A stretch of DNA of 64,000 nt from Phoronis australis. Taxonomy: Eukaryota > Animalia > Phoronida. The first letter of the stretch is position 1. Every line of letters starts with the position of its first letter. Location: positions 1,718,639 to 1,782,638 of the forward strand of contig NMRA01000022.1 of assembly GCA_002633005.1 (NCBI GenBank), given 5' to 3'. Below are positions 41,101-56,100 of the stretch, in pieces. The notes beneath the pieces are model-generated. The model had not been told where the DNA came from. It searched no databases and worked only from the letters and a program-made list of their open reading frames with translations. The translations under genes and the position numbers were made by a program.

Positions 41101-44100
41101 AAAATTCATACGTACAGTATTGGCGGTGTTGGATCAAATAGGTCGTGTTTTGAGATTGGAATATTTAGATGGAAGTGTGTGAACTTGTAGTACAGGAATA
41201 AACAAGGAATTCCGAGTTTCTTCAATTGTCGTTCGAACTTTGCGTAGCTCCACATGGGTATGGTATATGTGTGACTAGCTTTGCATGTGGTTAGCTAAGA
41301 TGGCCACTGACAAGTAAACGCGACCCTCTCTTTCAATACATTTTCACACTCACTACGTGTGTGAGCCTGTCCGACAGAGAGAAATGTGTTTTTGGGATCA
41401 GCCCTACTGCAAATTCAAATGTGAAACCTTCGCACTGAGTCACTGTCAAATAGTCTACACGTGGAGGTCAATCCCACTCACTAAATGACAGAGTATTTTA
41501 AGCACGTTTAAATGGTAAAGTTACCGGCCTTGATTTCGGTAAATGTGCAGTCAAACGGCAACGACCACGAATGACGACTTTGTTGTTGTCAAAAATACGT
41601 AACTTCAAAAAATCTATCTCATCCCACAACAGTCCCCGTGTTTGGGCGTCAAAGCGACAATTTCCCTTTATTCTGGAAAATTTACAGATATGTCCCTATC
41701 ATGGATCGGATGGCACGAGCAATTGTTGGAACATATCCCACAACCACTGTGCCCCCTATTGACAATTTGCGTTTTTCACAAAGCAATTTCATCAGGTTTA
41801 AACAATGACATACAGTAGACATTTGTTCAAAAATCCAGGATATTAACCATTAAACTGCAGAAGTTTTCGAAAGTTGATGTTGACTGCTTCCTTCTTCAGT
41901 GTGACTCTGTGACGTACATGTAGTGGGGATCAAGATGACGTCATATACGCGGGAAAGTTTAAATGCACCATCGTCTCTATTCAAGACATTTAATGGAGAT
42001 GGATTCCCTTATTCTTCTTGTTCTAGTGTCCCTTTCACTATCGATTATTTTTGCATTATCCCAGTCAATCACATAATTGTTTTTTTTTTCTTGCGTGATC
42101 AATGATAGCTGATTTGTTAAATTCACTGACAATCCGACCTGGTGAAAGCTCTATATACTGATGATGTTTAGTCACACTATAATCAAAATTTCTACCAGTT
42201 GCAGCAATATAAATTTTCTTCCACGAAGCACAAGGAATGTTGTATAAACAATAGCACGCGAATCTATCGGATGTACCAATAACGTACGTAGAGTAAAAAT
42301 AGCTTTGAGCACAGACCTGATATCCTAGGAAAGTAGTAGCATGGACTCGTGACTAATGTTCACAGAAGGTCCCGAGTCTACTATGAATTCTACCGATGTA
42401 CCAAGGAGTGAAAGGTTAACTTTGGGGTTGTTGTTCTTGACAGTTTCAGCGGTGAATAAATATTCAGTCAGAATTCGCTGTCGTGTTCAACAAAGTCTTC
42501 TTGAAAGGGCGAATATAATTTGCACTGGTGTAATGCGAGTGAGTTGACACCATTTTATCACTGGCACGCTGTTTGGGGACTTCAAGTGCGTGGGCTTCGT
42601 CTAGTGCCAGCGTCATGTTGTCGCGGAGGCCACGACAGCGAAGTTGAGTGGACAAGCATCCATGAAACTGTGTTAGGATCTCACGATCTGTATCATGGAA
42701 GTTGCATGCGGCTGCTACTGTTCTCAAGCTAGTATGAAATGAGTCGATTGTTTCCCGATGGTTCTTGCACTGCCTGTCTAAATGTGTAAGTTTCGTATGT
42801 AGCGTCTTGCTTAGGAATGAAGCAAGTAGTGAAGTTTTGTTTCACAGGAACATATGCATCTTATTCCACTTGCTGATCGACCGACATTCTATCGTAAGTG
42901 TTGAACCCATTATCGCTTATGTAATGCAGCAAGAGGGCTTTCTTTCTTTTGGGATCAGTAATTTCTAAGCGACAAAGCATGTTTTCAAATTTGGTCAACC
43001 ATTTCAGCCACCTAGTACCAGTTTATTGTACATTTGCATGTACTGGAAATAGGCGGAAACTGGTAGGGATATCATATCGGCAATGGGACTGACCGCTGTC
43101 ACACAGGGCCAAGGTCACGTACAGTGAAAAATGCACTTCAAATGGCAATTTTGACAGTTCATGCGGGGAGAACAAGAATTCCCGGATTTCTCGATTGTTG
43201 TTGGGGTCTTGTTGATCCTCGCCGCCAGTAGTGTATCGCTATTTTTACTAATGAAAACAAAGATTAATCAGGAGCCAACGTGTATTGTTTTTGTCACCCA
43301 ATAACTGTACCGGGAGTGTGCCATACATTTATTCCAATAGGGCAACACTACAAAATCGTCTGGCATCTTGTACTCAGATTTTGACTTAGGGCATCATATT
43401 ATAATTAGTAGTGACACAAATGGCAGATACTGAGAGAGACAGGCGTCAAAAACATACGCGAATTCTTAATGGCCACCAGGTGGCGCAGAAAATATCAAGT
43501 CTGTGCAAAAATGGGAAAGCCTTGTCGTCTCCTCAATAGAAACCGATTTTCCAAATTTCATGAAAATGTATGGATGAACTCTGAAGATACAGAGGAAAAC
43601 GCAAAAAAAAAAATTCGCCACTAGGGGACACTGTGGTATGGTATTGGGATTAGTTTGACATTTGTCACCTTTTGTCGTCGGCTCCACGGGAACGCATCTT
43701 TCAAAGTTTACAAAGCTCATTCAGAGGGTAAAGGTGATTCGGCCGTAAATTAAAAAACAAAATCGCCACTAGGGGGAGACACAGTTGTCGAATCCGTCAG
43801 AAAGTCAATCTCAGTCGGGGCCTTCTTCTCAGTAACACATCTGTAAATTTTCTTAATGAAGCGCGATATGGCAGCTAAAAAGGCAGACGCTAGAAAACGG
43901 ACGCAAAAATAACAGAAATGGCCACAAGGTGGTGTCAGATCCGTCGAATCCGTCCGAAAATGGAATCGCATCGTCGTCTCCTTACTAAAAACTACTTGCT
44001 GAATTTCATGAAAATCCATCAAAAATCCCCAAATACAGAGGCAAACGTAACAATTAAAATTATCACTAGGGGGCACCGCGGTATTCGTGTCGGCGCGAAA

Positions 44101-47100
44101 CTCATCCTCCACTGTCTTCAGCCACGTTGGAACACACCTGCCAAATTTCAACAACATCCTGAAAGGAATTTAGAAGATTCAGCCGCGGACACCGGAAGCC
44201 CTAATAGAGATGACGGCAATATACACCCGCATGATTCTGGGCGCATAAAAATGATTTGTCTTTATCCAGTGGTAATATTTTAAATCAGTGACGTCATTTC
44301 CCAATTGGCTGAATGGATTAGTCTGTCAGCACGTAAAAGGTTTGATTACTACACTCTGTCATTTTTCATATTTTGGTTTTTAAGACTAAGCATATTTTTG
44401 TGACCTGTTAGATATGCGAAATAACAATTATCAAATTATTAACCCTTTTCTTGTAGTGTTATCAAACACCATCAAGATCTCGTCAAAGGCTTTCTATTGA
44501 TATGACTTACGCAATTCGGTTGAAAAATGGCGGAGTTACGAACAGTTTTAGTGACAGTAAGTATAGTAAACACACTTTGCCCATTAGGATAGTGCTTCGA
44601 AAATGTAAATGATCCTACGTACATGATCTTAGAACTCAGAAGGTGGTTGTTCATGCGAATGTATCTTCAAGGATATTAAATTGTTGCAACATGCCTCTAG
44701 AGACGACTTCACATGTACGTTACGCCTTTCAACTAGGCAACGACTGGCATCCTGAAGTGAGAATGCTTGGGGACATTAATTAGCCTGGAAGAAATATGAA
44801 AATATTGGGATACTTTCAGTGATAAAAGTTTTAAACACATTAACAAAAAATCCTCCCCGTAATCCATAGCAAGAAACAACATAGGAACAAAGAAATGCAA
44901 ACAACAACTCACTGAACTCAGTATGCATAAGATCGCGGTTGACATTCAAATCCTGGAATTCTATGATATCGAGCCTTGATGAGCGTTCATAAAAGTTGTC
45001 AAAAAGGTTACTATGACGTAGACCAGCCCCGTTTCAGACGGATTTGACCCACCTTGCGTCTCCTAGTAGCGTTCACTGTAGATGTACTATGCGCGCACCC
45101 AGCCTAAAATATAGGGAGGTTCGAATTCTTCGATATGCGGACCTTTATCTGAAACAAATCAACGATCGTATCTAGCCTGACTGGGCTGGGCTGATAAAAA
45201 TGAAAGTTAAGTTATAACGTATTTGAGCTTAAACTAATAGCATTTCTGATTTCCTCGTCAAATGTTGATCATGTTCCGTTTTTGAATCACCAAAATCGCC
45301 CAACTACAAGAGAATTTAAGACAATCTATTCTGTCCAAACGGATTACCAACGTACTGAGCAAAAGCCTGAGCTGGGCAGTTAACAAAAGAGCCAGATGTT
45401 ATCGCACGTTCAGCACCCCTCACGTCTGGAAAAGTTACTGAACGACAGAACGCTGTAATGTGTAACAGCTAAAAGTGAATTATCGAAGCTCTTTAAACAT
45501 TTTTGACATAAAGGATTAATTTTGGGTTGGTGAAATGATTTATTATATGGAGTTTATCGGGTGAACGTTGTACTGAGAAGAGCTGACCAAAAAGTTCGTT
45601 CAAAAACTGGTCGATTGAAGAGCAAAAATCGGTTTATTTGTCGCCTGGTCACCATGGTCACATTCATTGAATCTATAATTTACCCCAGCGTTTAGGGTGA
45701 GCAACCACAACACTGAGCGTAGATTAACTGAACACTTTCATCTTAATTCTTATATGTTATAAATATTTATTACAAAAGGGGTTTTAAACAAGGAGTTGAT
45801 TCAACATCGGACACAAAGTTTTCTTTTCCACACGAATTCGCCACTCATCAGGACATACACTTTTCTGGTTCATGAATTCTCGTGACCTGTGGTTAATGTC
45901 AGCAGCAAAATGAGAATATAGGTCAAGGTGTTTGATCAAAATTCTCTGGGAGACAGTCTTATCTGAGTCCCTTAGCGATAAATTGACACGTGATTGGTGA
46001 GAAGCGCCATCTGTTTGTGGTAAAGGTATTGGATGAGCGGGTACCTTTTGCAGCCGCGCCAGCACGCATAATTTTCCTCAGGAACTGTTTTTACACCGGC
46101 GTTTCTGATTGACTAGTCGAATTCTCAACAGGCAGCGTTTTACGCAAACAAACTGGCATGTGACTGAAGTGTAAATGTGGTCTGTTTGTGTAGACAAATT
46201 GGTGCTTAAAATTTATATTCAGGAAATGTGAAGCCTAGAAATTGTGATTGCGCCTTTTCGGAATGCATCTGTCTACTGTCGATGACTTTTGTTTACAATA
46301 GTGTCCTGTATTCATACAGTATGAATAACACACCGGTTAAATCGGCCAGGTGTGTTATGTGCTTCAAGCACGCGGCTATTAAACATCACTGCGGAAACGA
46401 AATAATTTCTGCGACGCCACTTGCTTGACAAGACTAAAAATCGCTCACAATCCGCCATTTTTTCACAGTGTTGTAAAGCTAACCAATGACTGCTGAGGTT
46501 ACCGGTACATCAACCAATGCTAAAGCGCGTGCCACTGCGTGATACCTGGGTGCTGGCTAGGCACGTGGGGGACCAACGAGAGTTTGTATGCTCAACTGTT
46601 TCAAAACTCGACTTAAATTTCTGTCTAACTTACGGCCGAAGACCAAAAACGGACTAAACGCTCATGAAACTTCCTTTTGTCAAATATTGAACCTTGTACA
46701 TTTCGTCTTATGTTTCATGAAAGTTACTGTTAACAAGATTTTCTGAATTTGAGGGAAAATCTCTTGAGGTGAAATCAAATACGGAACATAAACTTTTTTA
46801 TTTTGTTTTAGTGAAAAGGAATTAGCTTTCTTGACGACCGTTCATTTGAATGAATAATGGTGCCACTGATAGTGTACCGGTAGTTATTTGTGTTATTGTT
46901 CTGGTGGAAACAAGCTAACATGTATTCAAAATTATAAAAACAACCGGGACATTCAAGGCTCGACGTGATTTTAGGTGCAATCCTTCTCCGCTGGCGAGCG
47001 GTCCCACGGCCGAGCTGTCAACGTCAAAGCTAAGCGCCACTACATGCGCGCACCCAGCCTAAAAATGGGGGGAGAGCTCCAATTGTTGAGAATGTGGACC

Positions 47101-50100
47101 TTTTACAAAGAATTCAAGGGGTATATTCAGAGCAATGAATTGTGCATTCGCCGAATTTTTGTAGTTCCTGCCTTTTTGCTGCACTTTTGTCTCGTTTTCT
47201 ATTTTTTTCGCAATTTTTGTTTCTCTAAGACGGACTTTTTGCTTACTTCGTTCTAGACCCTCGACCCCCCGGGTGCGCGCATGTACTACTGTATCGCCTG
47301 TGTACGTGGAAACATAATCTATGGTGGAAATAAGTGAGCACATGTCAAGAAATTGGCAAAAATAAAAACCTGTCGAAATGAATGAAAATCTCACAATTTG
47401 GAGCGTATATACTATATTGCATGTGACTACAGACCTGAAAAGCCGCAGTCTAGTGCAAAATAATGGGCAATTTTGGCGTTTTTAGACGGACCAACGCTCG
47501 TGTTTGTCACCCACAACATTAGCAATCAATACATTCGAAATGTGACGAACAAGACTGTGGAAGTATTGAGCGGCAAAACACAGCTATTGACTTGCACAAC
47601 AGACATGTCTTGGAAAACAGTTGACATCCTGTGGACGTACGCAAGCGCACGCGTAGTGGAAACCAAACAAATCTGGCAACTCGGCAGAACGTTCACGAAA
47701 AGCCTGGTGCTCAAACCTCAGTCTACATGGCATGGAGACGTCGTCACCTGCAGTGCTTTCAACGTAGCTCACAATGCATTTATAGCCAACTCCTCCTACA
47801 CTCTTAAGGTTGTAGGTGAGTGCAGCATCTGCGAAACCACCTTAATTGTTCACGTCAAATCATCTCTGGTTTACTCTAGTCGGACGGTATTCACCGTGTG
47901 AGTTGTGATGTCTACATGTAAATGTCAGCCCGATCCGTCGACGATGCGAGCAGTAAATTTTTAAAGCACTGAAATTACCTTTGATTTGATTGAGGAAAAT
48001 TTGAGACCATTTATAACAGTCTGTCGTATGAATCAATACTATGAAGTCGCTTTAGAGGAATTTTGAACCTGCGTTCATGGGTTTTTGGTAACGAACCCTC
48101 GGCTTTGCATCCCTGTTATTGTAACGAAGAGGTAGAAATCAAGTAACGATTGAGATTAAAGAGTTGGATCACTAGCGATATCGATTAACTTCATCTTGAC
48201 CATTTTTTGCAGATGGGCCGAGTCGGGTGCATATAACTATATCGGACGGGCAGGATGTGGTGAAGGAAGTGAAGATGTACTCCGGTCAACCAGATTTGAC
48301 ACTCTCCTGTACAACGGACTATGTCTACCCTTGGGCGGATTTAGTATGGCAGCCTGCCGGTGAAGTCTCCCAAAGTGTTAGACTTGGAAATACGTTCCAA
48401 CGAAACACGATTATTAACGTTGATAATTTTACCGACGTCATAGTGAAGACTTGCGTGGCTACACGCACAAACCATCCACTTAACTTTCACTTGACGCCTT
48501 CGGCCAATGCTTCCGTAACCATCAGGAATACTCGTGAGTGAGGCTCCAACTATGATCGTTCCTTTTGTTGGTCAGAGCAGCCACTTGTGACATAGGGGGG
48601 ATAATATATGTCGACTGAGACAACGTATGCAGTCACTTTGTGATGCTACGTATTGTGACTACCTAAAAGCGTCCATCTTCAACAAAAATGTTTTGCTGTA
48701 TTCATGATGTAGGCCTACGCAATACTGCGTGTAACCATAGGTTAAGGTAACGGCAAATAAAAACTTCGACGAAGAACTCTCCTGGTAGATATGGTGGATG
48801 TTTCAAGGATCTCAATGAAGATCCAAGGTCAAAGTTGGAGGATTACTGAGAAAAACAGGCATTTACAATTCCAAATGTTAAAGTTTACAAATCAACGTGA
48901 CCGCAAACGAGGCTCGCGTCAGACATGGTTAGTATTATCTCCAACCATGCAATCCTGAACTTTCCGCGTTTAACTTCCTACTACCTCGTTTTGGTTTTTC
49001 ACAATTTCCTGAATCCCCGCTAGACTCTGGATCCGCCTATGCCCCAAAAAGCCTAGTGTACAGACTACCTTTCAACACACCGGGGGGAAAATGCATCGCC
49101 AGTGTTTATTGCACATAGTGTTGCATCCGACATGTATTGTCGCCCGGCTGACAATGTGTTAAAGGCATGCAGGCCTATCGTCGCGTTGGTCCTGTATTGT
49201 CGCTCCAACAGCGTTCTCTTTAACAGCATCCTTTTCCCCCTTTCTGCTGTTGTTTTTTCATCAGCTCGAATTCAGTTCTTAATAAGTAAATTCAACCGTT
49301 CCGCTAATTTTAATGAGTGAAATCGCCTGTTCGGCGGCCATTGATCGCTCTAACGTACGAGCGGCTGAAAAGAATGCCTGTCATACATGTACATGTATGT
49401 TTGCATGTACGTTTATAGTGAACGTCATTGGACTCCGTTCTCACCACGATTGGGGTATTTCAGACGGACCGCGCGTTGTGCAAATATACATAAGAAATCG
49501 GCCAATCGGCTACGAGGACAAGCATATTGATGAGGGTATGACCTTGGACGCCAGATGTGTTGCCGAAGATTACTCACCAGGTGTTACAATTGATTGGATT
49601 ATGCTGACAACTCCTGACGACGTGTATGAGCATTCGGAAGTCGGACAATTTAGGACGATAAAATCTGAAAGTTCCCTTAGGTCCTTCGTAGATTTCCAGT
49701 TGCACGGATCCAAGGTTACATGCAAGGCGACGAATACGGGAAACTTGGCTCAAGTCAATGCATCATTTAGGTTATTGGTTCATTGTAAGTAAATCTGGGA
49801 ATTCAAAACGCCCCTTCCTTAGATTTTTTTGGTGTACCAACTTGTCGCAGTCATGCATTTTCAAATAATACTTTCGGGACATAAAATGCTTCTTGACTGA
49901 CTGAGATTGTTTAACTTGTACTATCTGGTGCACAAAATTTGAGTCATAATCACTCCTAATTTTCTCTTGAGTAATACCCATACCCGTATTCTACACAAGA
50001 CAACTGCGTAAGGTTTGATAAGCGGGGGAAAAATGCGAGCTCGACCCCCTCCTTCAGTCGGCTTTAGTCTCACCGCGACTGCCACCACCCATTTTAGCCC

Positions 50101-53100
50101 GGAGGTCCGACACCATAATTTCCCCCCGTCATCTTCGGTCGACAACCTAGTACTTGTCCATGCACCTCCATCGTCACTAATTGTACCACTTGACAACACC
50201 TTTACCTCCGCTCGTAGGAAAGTACACATTGTTGGGCAATGAAGCCGGCATCAGTCCATCGTCCATGGTCGTCGCCTATTTCGCATCTTGCTCCATCGCC
50301 ATCATAGGCACGCAGAGTTTACTGCTAGGGGAGCAAATAGTGTACAGGCAGCCTCCAAAAACTTACCTTTCCACGCTTCAACAAAATTACGTAAAAAAGT
50401 TGTCCGCTTATTTTTGTACTTTTTCACTTCATTACAGAACCAAAAACATGGGCTGCCCGAATCATTTTTTGAGCCATGTACAAAAGTAAGGTAAGATACC
50501 CCTACTGCGGGCTGTAAAATCTGGAGAAACGTGAGGAGGAGGATCATCACCTCAGAATCCGGCCCTTAGGAAAGTAAACATTATTGAAGGGGAGGGGGAG
50601 ACCCAGCTGAGACTTTTGCGCCCCTTCCCCATTGGCACCATTGCCCCTTCCCTCCATTCTCCAGATGTCGCCCTATTCCACCCGCCATACGTCGCGCGGA
50701 AGCAAACATCAGTATTGATAGGGACCACAACACCCCACAAACGACACAACCGTACACCCTACAAACTTGACTGTTTACAAAACTGTATTCTCACAATCAT
50801 CACAAACACCCCCACAAACTCTCCACAAGACACCTCCACAAATTCACAACTCTTCACAAGCCACCAGAGAAGCCACAACACAACAGAGATAGGTGTCGCT
50901 TGTAACTAGTTACATACCAGGCGGGTGTTCAGTTGGCCCAAGGACCTATGCTAGGACCTAGCTAAAATCTAGTCAAAGTCACGTGTTCATTTAAAGTACA
51001 CGGCAATATCTCACGTAATCCCGCGAAGTCTTGCTTTTTAACGAGGTCCTAGCGTTGCTGAACGGGAGGCAGCATTAGTAAACACTAGCCGGTCAAGTTC
51101 AATACAGGAACACAGGGGCATTACTGGAATAATTTTTCCCAAACAAAGGCGCCGACTCTCTAGGTGAAGGCTGCGTGCAGAATAAATTGATTGGCACCAG
51201 GCCCGACTGTGCCGCCGATAACAAGCCTACAATTGGAAAGATAAGTTACCCTGAAGTACTGGGCGTGTATTCGGTGGTCGGTGCCAAAATCTGTTGAAAC
51301 TGTGGAAACACAGGACATGTGTTGGCAGTGAGCAGTATGAGAGAACCACTGTACCTACAAGCATTTCTCAGTTAAAAACTGGACTCGGCAAAGTAAATGC
51401 TGATATCCAGTGCACAGAGCACCAAAAAGGTGACAAACCATAATGACACCGAGCAACGCAGTTCCCATGTGACATTCATCCTACTTATAGAGTGAAGTCG
51501 GGGAAAACCATGAGAACTATTCTCGCCAGTCTATGTACATGTACTAGTCACCATCGGTATGAGCGACATCATAAATGTGCTATTCGACATACAACCTCCG
51601 AGGAACCCTAACCGTTCATGTACCATCAGTAAATACGACCACATACAGACTTCATAGTTTCAAACATGTCTCCTCTTAGTGACGGAACCCTCCAGACGGT
51701 GCCATTAAAAGTTTATATGAGCTTTATGAGCTTATCATCCTTCAAGTGTCTTAACAGAATATTAAAACCGGATTCTCTGCTGCAAGTATGTGTATACGTT
51801 CCTTAGTTAGTCTTTGTAAACTTCATGTAATGAATGTCCCTGCTCTCAATCCTTTTTTCGTGTATAGTTATCACATAATACTACTTTGTGATGCTGACCT
51901 AATTGTATCACAACTTCTTCTAAATACTGTAAATATTTTAATGCAACTCTTGCTTTAGATCGACTACCTACGGGCTAGTGTTCACCGTTCGTGTTGCTTT
52001 GAGTATAAATAAACAGACTATGTATGTATGATGTACCAACATGTATGTAAAACCTAACTTGCTAATGCCTAAGTCACGCCCACATACGTATCTCTCACAT
52101 GATTCTCGTAATCATACCTACTGAGATAGCGACACCTGTTTCTGGTGTGTTGTGGAATTTGTAGTGTTATGTATTGTGTAGGGGTGGTGTTGTCAGAATA
52201 TGGGGAAAGTGTGTGAATTGTGGGATGTTGTTTCGATTGTGGGGGATGTTGTAGATGGTTTTAGAGTGTTGTAGTCATTGTTTGTGTGCGGAGGGGTGGG
52301 GGGGGGGTTGTGGTGTGTGTGGGGTGTTGTTGGACCTATACGCTTCCATACATCATAACCCGAGTAACCATGTTACAACTAAGTTTGTAGTCATGGAAAG
52401 CGAGAATGAGAGCTAAAGGCTGAGATTTCATGTCTGTATTTCTCAAGTGAACTATGGCTGTAAGCTACATGTAGCAGCTGAACGTGTGAAAATATGAATT
52501 GGATAGACCAGGGTAGCCGCTGCTTAGCTATGATTTACTTGAGCCAGGAAGCTCAGCTCTTTCCTATCTATCGGTACTGGCCATAAGGTAACAACAACCA
52601 TTCGGTAACAGCAGTGCTACGGTGACTGTTCCGATTCATTTCTAGTTGGCCCTAAAAGAGCAGATGCCTTAGTCGACGACAAGCAAGTAAGTCTCGTCCG
52701 CGTAAACGAAAGCGACTCAATCACATTGTCGTGTAGAACCGATGACGTATTCCCCTCGGCCGTAGTGGAGTGGTCGCACGGGACTGATAAGGCCTCGTAT
52801 CGCCAGGGTATGCGATATTATTCACGCACGACGCTATCCGAGGTATCCAAGGGAATGAACCGCCGCAATGTTACCTGCACTGCAAAGCGTCCTGATTCAG
52901 TCAGTTCAGTTAAGGCAGAGGTTACACTATACGTTACACGTACGTAATGCGGTGTGCGCTAATCTGAAAAAGTTTCGAATGTTCGCTGTATTTCCGTATC
53001 GTGTGCATAGTTTAGACATAGCTGCTCAAATATTTTCACGCTCATCAAAATTCTAGAAATGCCCAACTTTTCTGGATTTTCTTCTTTTGAAAATTGTGTG

Positions 53101-56100
53101 CACTTTGCTAAAAATGTGAATTGCTCTTCTTTCGTTGTGGTACGAATCTCATGACTCCAATGCGTCGACACATCTGAAGTAACGTGTTAGCCCGCAGATG
53201 AGTCACTTACCCAGAAGCAGATAGAAAAGCTCTTGCTATTTCACATTGCATCATTAGGTGAATGAGGACTTGATCTTTGTAGGACTTCTCAAAAAGTTTT
53301 AGCATCACTATAATATAATCTTTTCTTACGCCACCATTTTCACATTGATAAAAGGTGTTCAAAATTTGAGGATATTGCCGAAAATTGAAAATAAGTCTCC
53401 AAACAAGATGTACATGTTTAATAAGAGAAGTTAATTGCGTGTCTCATCATAAATCTTGCGAATCAAATAGCAAGTTCAATTAAGAAAAAAACATAACGAA
53501 ATTAAATTATAAAAATTAAAGTTGTGTGCCACCTAGTGGAAGAATTAAGTAGTGGCCTTTTACATTGTACAACAGACACTGCATCTCTTTGTTTTTTTAA
53601 TGACATAGTTGGGAATATTATTTAGGAATTCATTCAGGATATTAAATGTGGAGTACTGGTGTGCCACAAATTCACATAATTAATATACAAGGACACAAGA
53701 GCTAACTTTGTGTAAAAAAAACAAGGAAACAAGATTTTCAGATTTATTGAATAAAAAACATTTCATCTCAAGAAATCAATTCAACGTTTGCAGATCATCC
53801 TCCAGGGCTCTGGATCCCTAGAAATTGGGGCCGAATATCGACCCCATTCTCTTCACAAAAATATTCAAAACTCACACGAAATTACCCTCATCAGGTCGAA
53901 AAATTCGCCTGCGAACAATCAAACATTCCCCTCATGCTTTGAGACAACCTCAAAAATATCGTGATGACTTTAGTCACGAGGCCGCCCGACACCAGAAACG
54001 TCATAAACTGGTTTCCTTATAAAACAAGTGTCACTTACAGGAGTGTTAGAACCATTTTTGTGATATTACACTCTCGCGTATTGACACGCAAAACCAAAAA
54101 CCTCCATGTGTCCTTGGCTGAAAGTGGCACCCAAACAAGTTCTACAAGAGGAGAAATATGAAAAACCATGCAGTAGAGCACAGAAACATACAGAAAAGTG
54201 TCTTTTCAATGGTGCACTTTTCTTAGAAACAGTCCCAAGTCAGACCGCACTTGAAATCATCTCGGAAGTATTTGTGTTCTTCTGACGGTGACTAGAGGTT
54301 GGTACTTCATAATGACTTAATGTTATATACAGTGTACATACTGATTAGTGAATTCATAAAAGAGTTTAGAATCCCCTCTGAGTAAAAAACGCCGCGAAAA
54401 CTTACCTTTTAGGCGGTACAGGCAGCGTTCCATCGGGTGAGTGAGGGCACTGTTGCTCGTGCAACTTGTGTCTTAAAGAATTTTAGCAAGAGCACAGGGT
54501 AGTGCCATCCACTGTATGCTGATCCTACAATGCTCCACGTTCCATCTAAATCCCTTTAGGGACGGCGCATACATGAACTGACTACTATAGGAGAATAAAG
54601 CCTAATTAGATTTTTGTTCATTAACGTTAACTAAAAGGATACTAGGCCCTGTTTTGATGACTTCAATCGATGATCGTTCTGTCACCTGCTGATGCATGGT
54701 CGGCGCACTATAGGAGGCTGGGGAGCTACACCCCCACTTTTTTCACTGCTGCGCCGCCCATGTGATGCAACATTGGCGCCAATCGTGGAAATCAAAGACA
54801 TGAATCAACTAAAACTCATCCTCCCCATGTCACAGATTGGACCTAATGGTCCTTGGTGGGTGGCATTTTCCCACAGTTTCCGCGAAATTCGCTAAAAGCA
54901 TAGGACACGCTTTCCGGTTTAGCAAACTTTGAAAGGTTGCTGAGGATCGGTTACAGAACATTATTTTGTGTCGGAGAACTGGATGTGAAAGCCGCTTTTA
55001 GAATCTGTTAATAAGCCAAAACCATGGGCTGCGCAGCACTGAAAAATGTGGAGGCTAAATCCCCCACCCTCTGTGGTGCACCAGCGATAGACCATGGGCG
55101 GTGCAGTACCGAAAAAAATGGTGCTATATCCCCCAGTCAACTATGGTGCGCTGCCCAGGAAAACCAGGTTTGGTATCCTTTCAAGCAGAAGTGCGCGTTG
55201 AATAAGTCANAACATTGGCGCCAATCGTGGAAACCAAAGACATGAATCAACTAAAACTCATCCTCCCCATGTCACAGATTGGACCTAATGGTCCTTGGTG
55301 GGTGGCATTTTCCCACAGTTTCCGCGAAATTCGCTAAAAGCATAGGACACGCTTTCCGGTTTGGCAAACTTTGAAAGGTTGCTGAGGATCGGTTACAGAA
55401 CATTATTTTGTGTCGGAGAACTGGATGTGAAAGCCGCTTTTAGAATCTGTTAATAAGCCAAAACCATGGGCTGCGCAGCACTGAAAAATGTGGAGGCTAA
55501 ATCCCCCACCCTCTGTGGTGCACCAGCGATAGACCATGGGCGGTGCAGTACCGAAAAAAATGGTGCTATATCCCCCAGTCAACTATGGTGCGCTGCCCAG
55601 GAAAACCAGGTTTGGTATCCTTTCAAGCAGAAGTGCGCGTTGAATAAGTCAAAGCAGAATGAAGTTCATTAACGAACTAATTCAGCGCGTTGATTAATCA
55701 CATGTCAACAAGCAGAAAGGCACTCGTTTAAGAACCCATTGGCTCTTTATATGGTAGACCTCACAGTCAGTTGAATATATGCACAGTAATATGCGACACG
55801 ATAAACAAGCTCCGCCTATTACGAAATAAAGCCCACACTCATAACGTTTCGACAATATTTTCTTTCAGATTAGAACATGCTGTTATAAGTGCCTTTTGCA
55901 CTTAGAGGGACACCTTAGGAGGCCGTTGATATCTTTAATTCCTTCCAACCCGAATAAATACTTCCGTAATCAAACTTCGTTCAGTTCCTCAAATCGGCAA
56001 ATGCACATTTTTACACTGTGCTCCCTCCTATTTTACCGCGCCCGGCATGAGCGGGCGCAGTGTTAAAATGGCCAGTTGCCAATTTGGGCAACTGAACGAA

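Noticed and set aside
54769-55651. Tandem 441-bp duplication giving two near-identical small ORFs (55024, 55466)
   Set aside because: The copies are nearly identical and separated by a single N, typical of unmerged contig or haplotype overlap; the ORFs lie in a dispersed repeat
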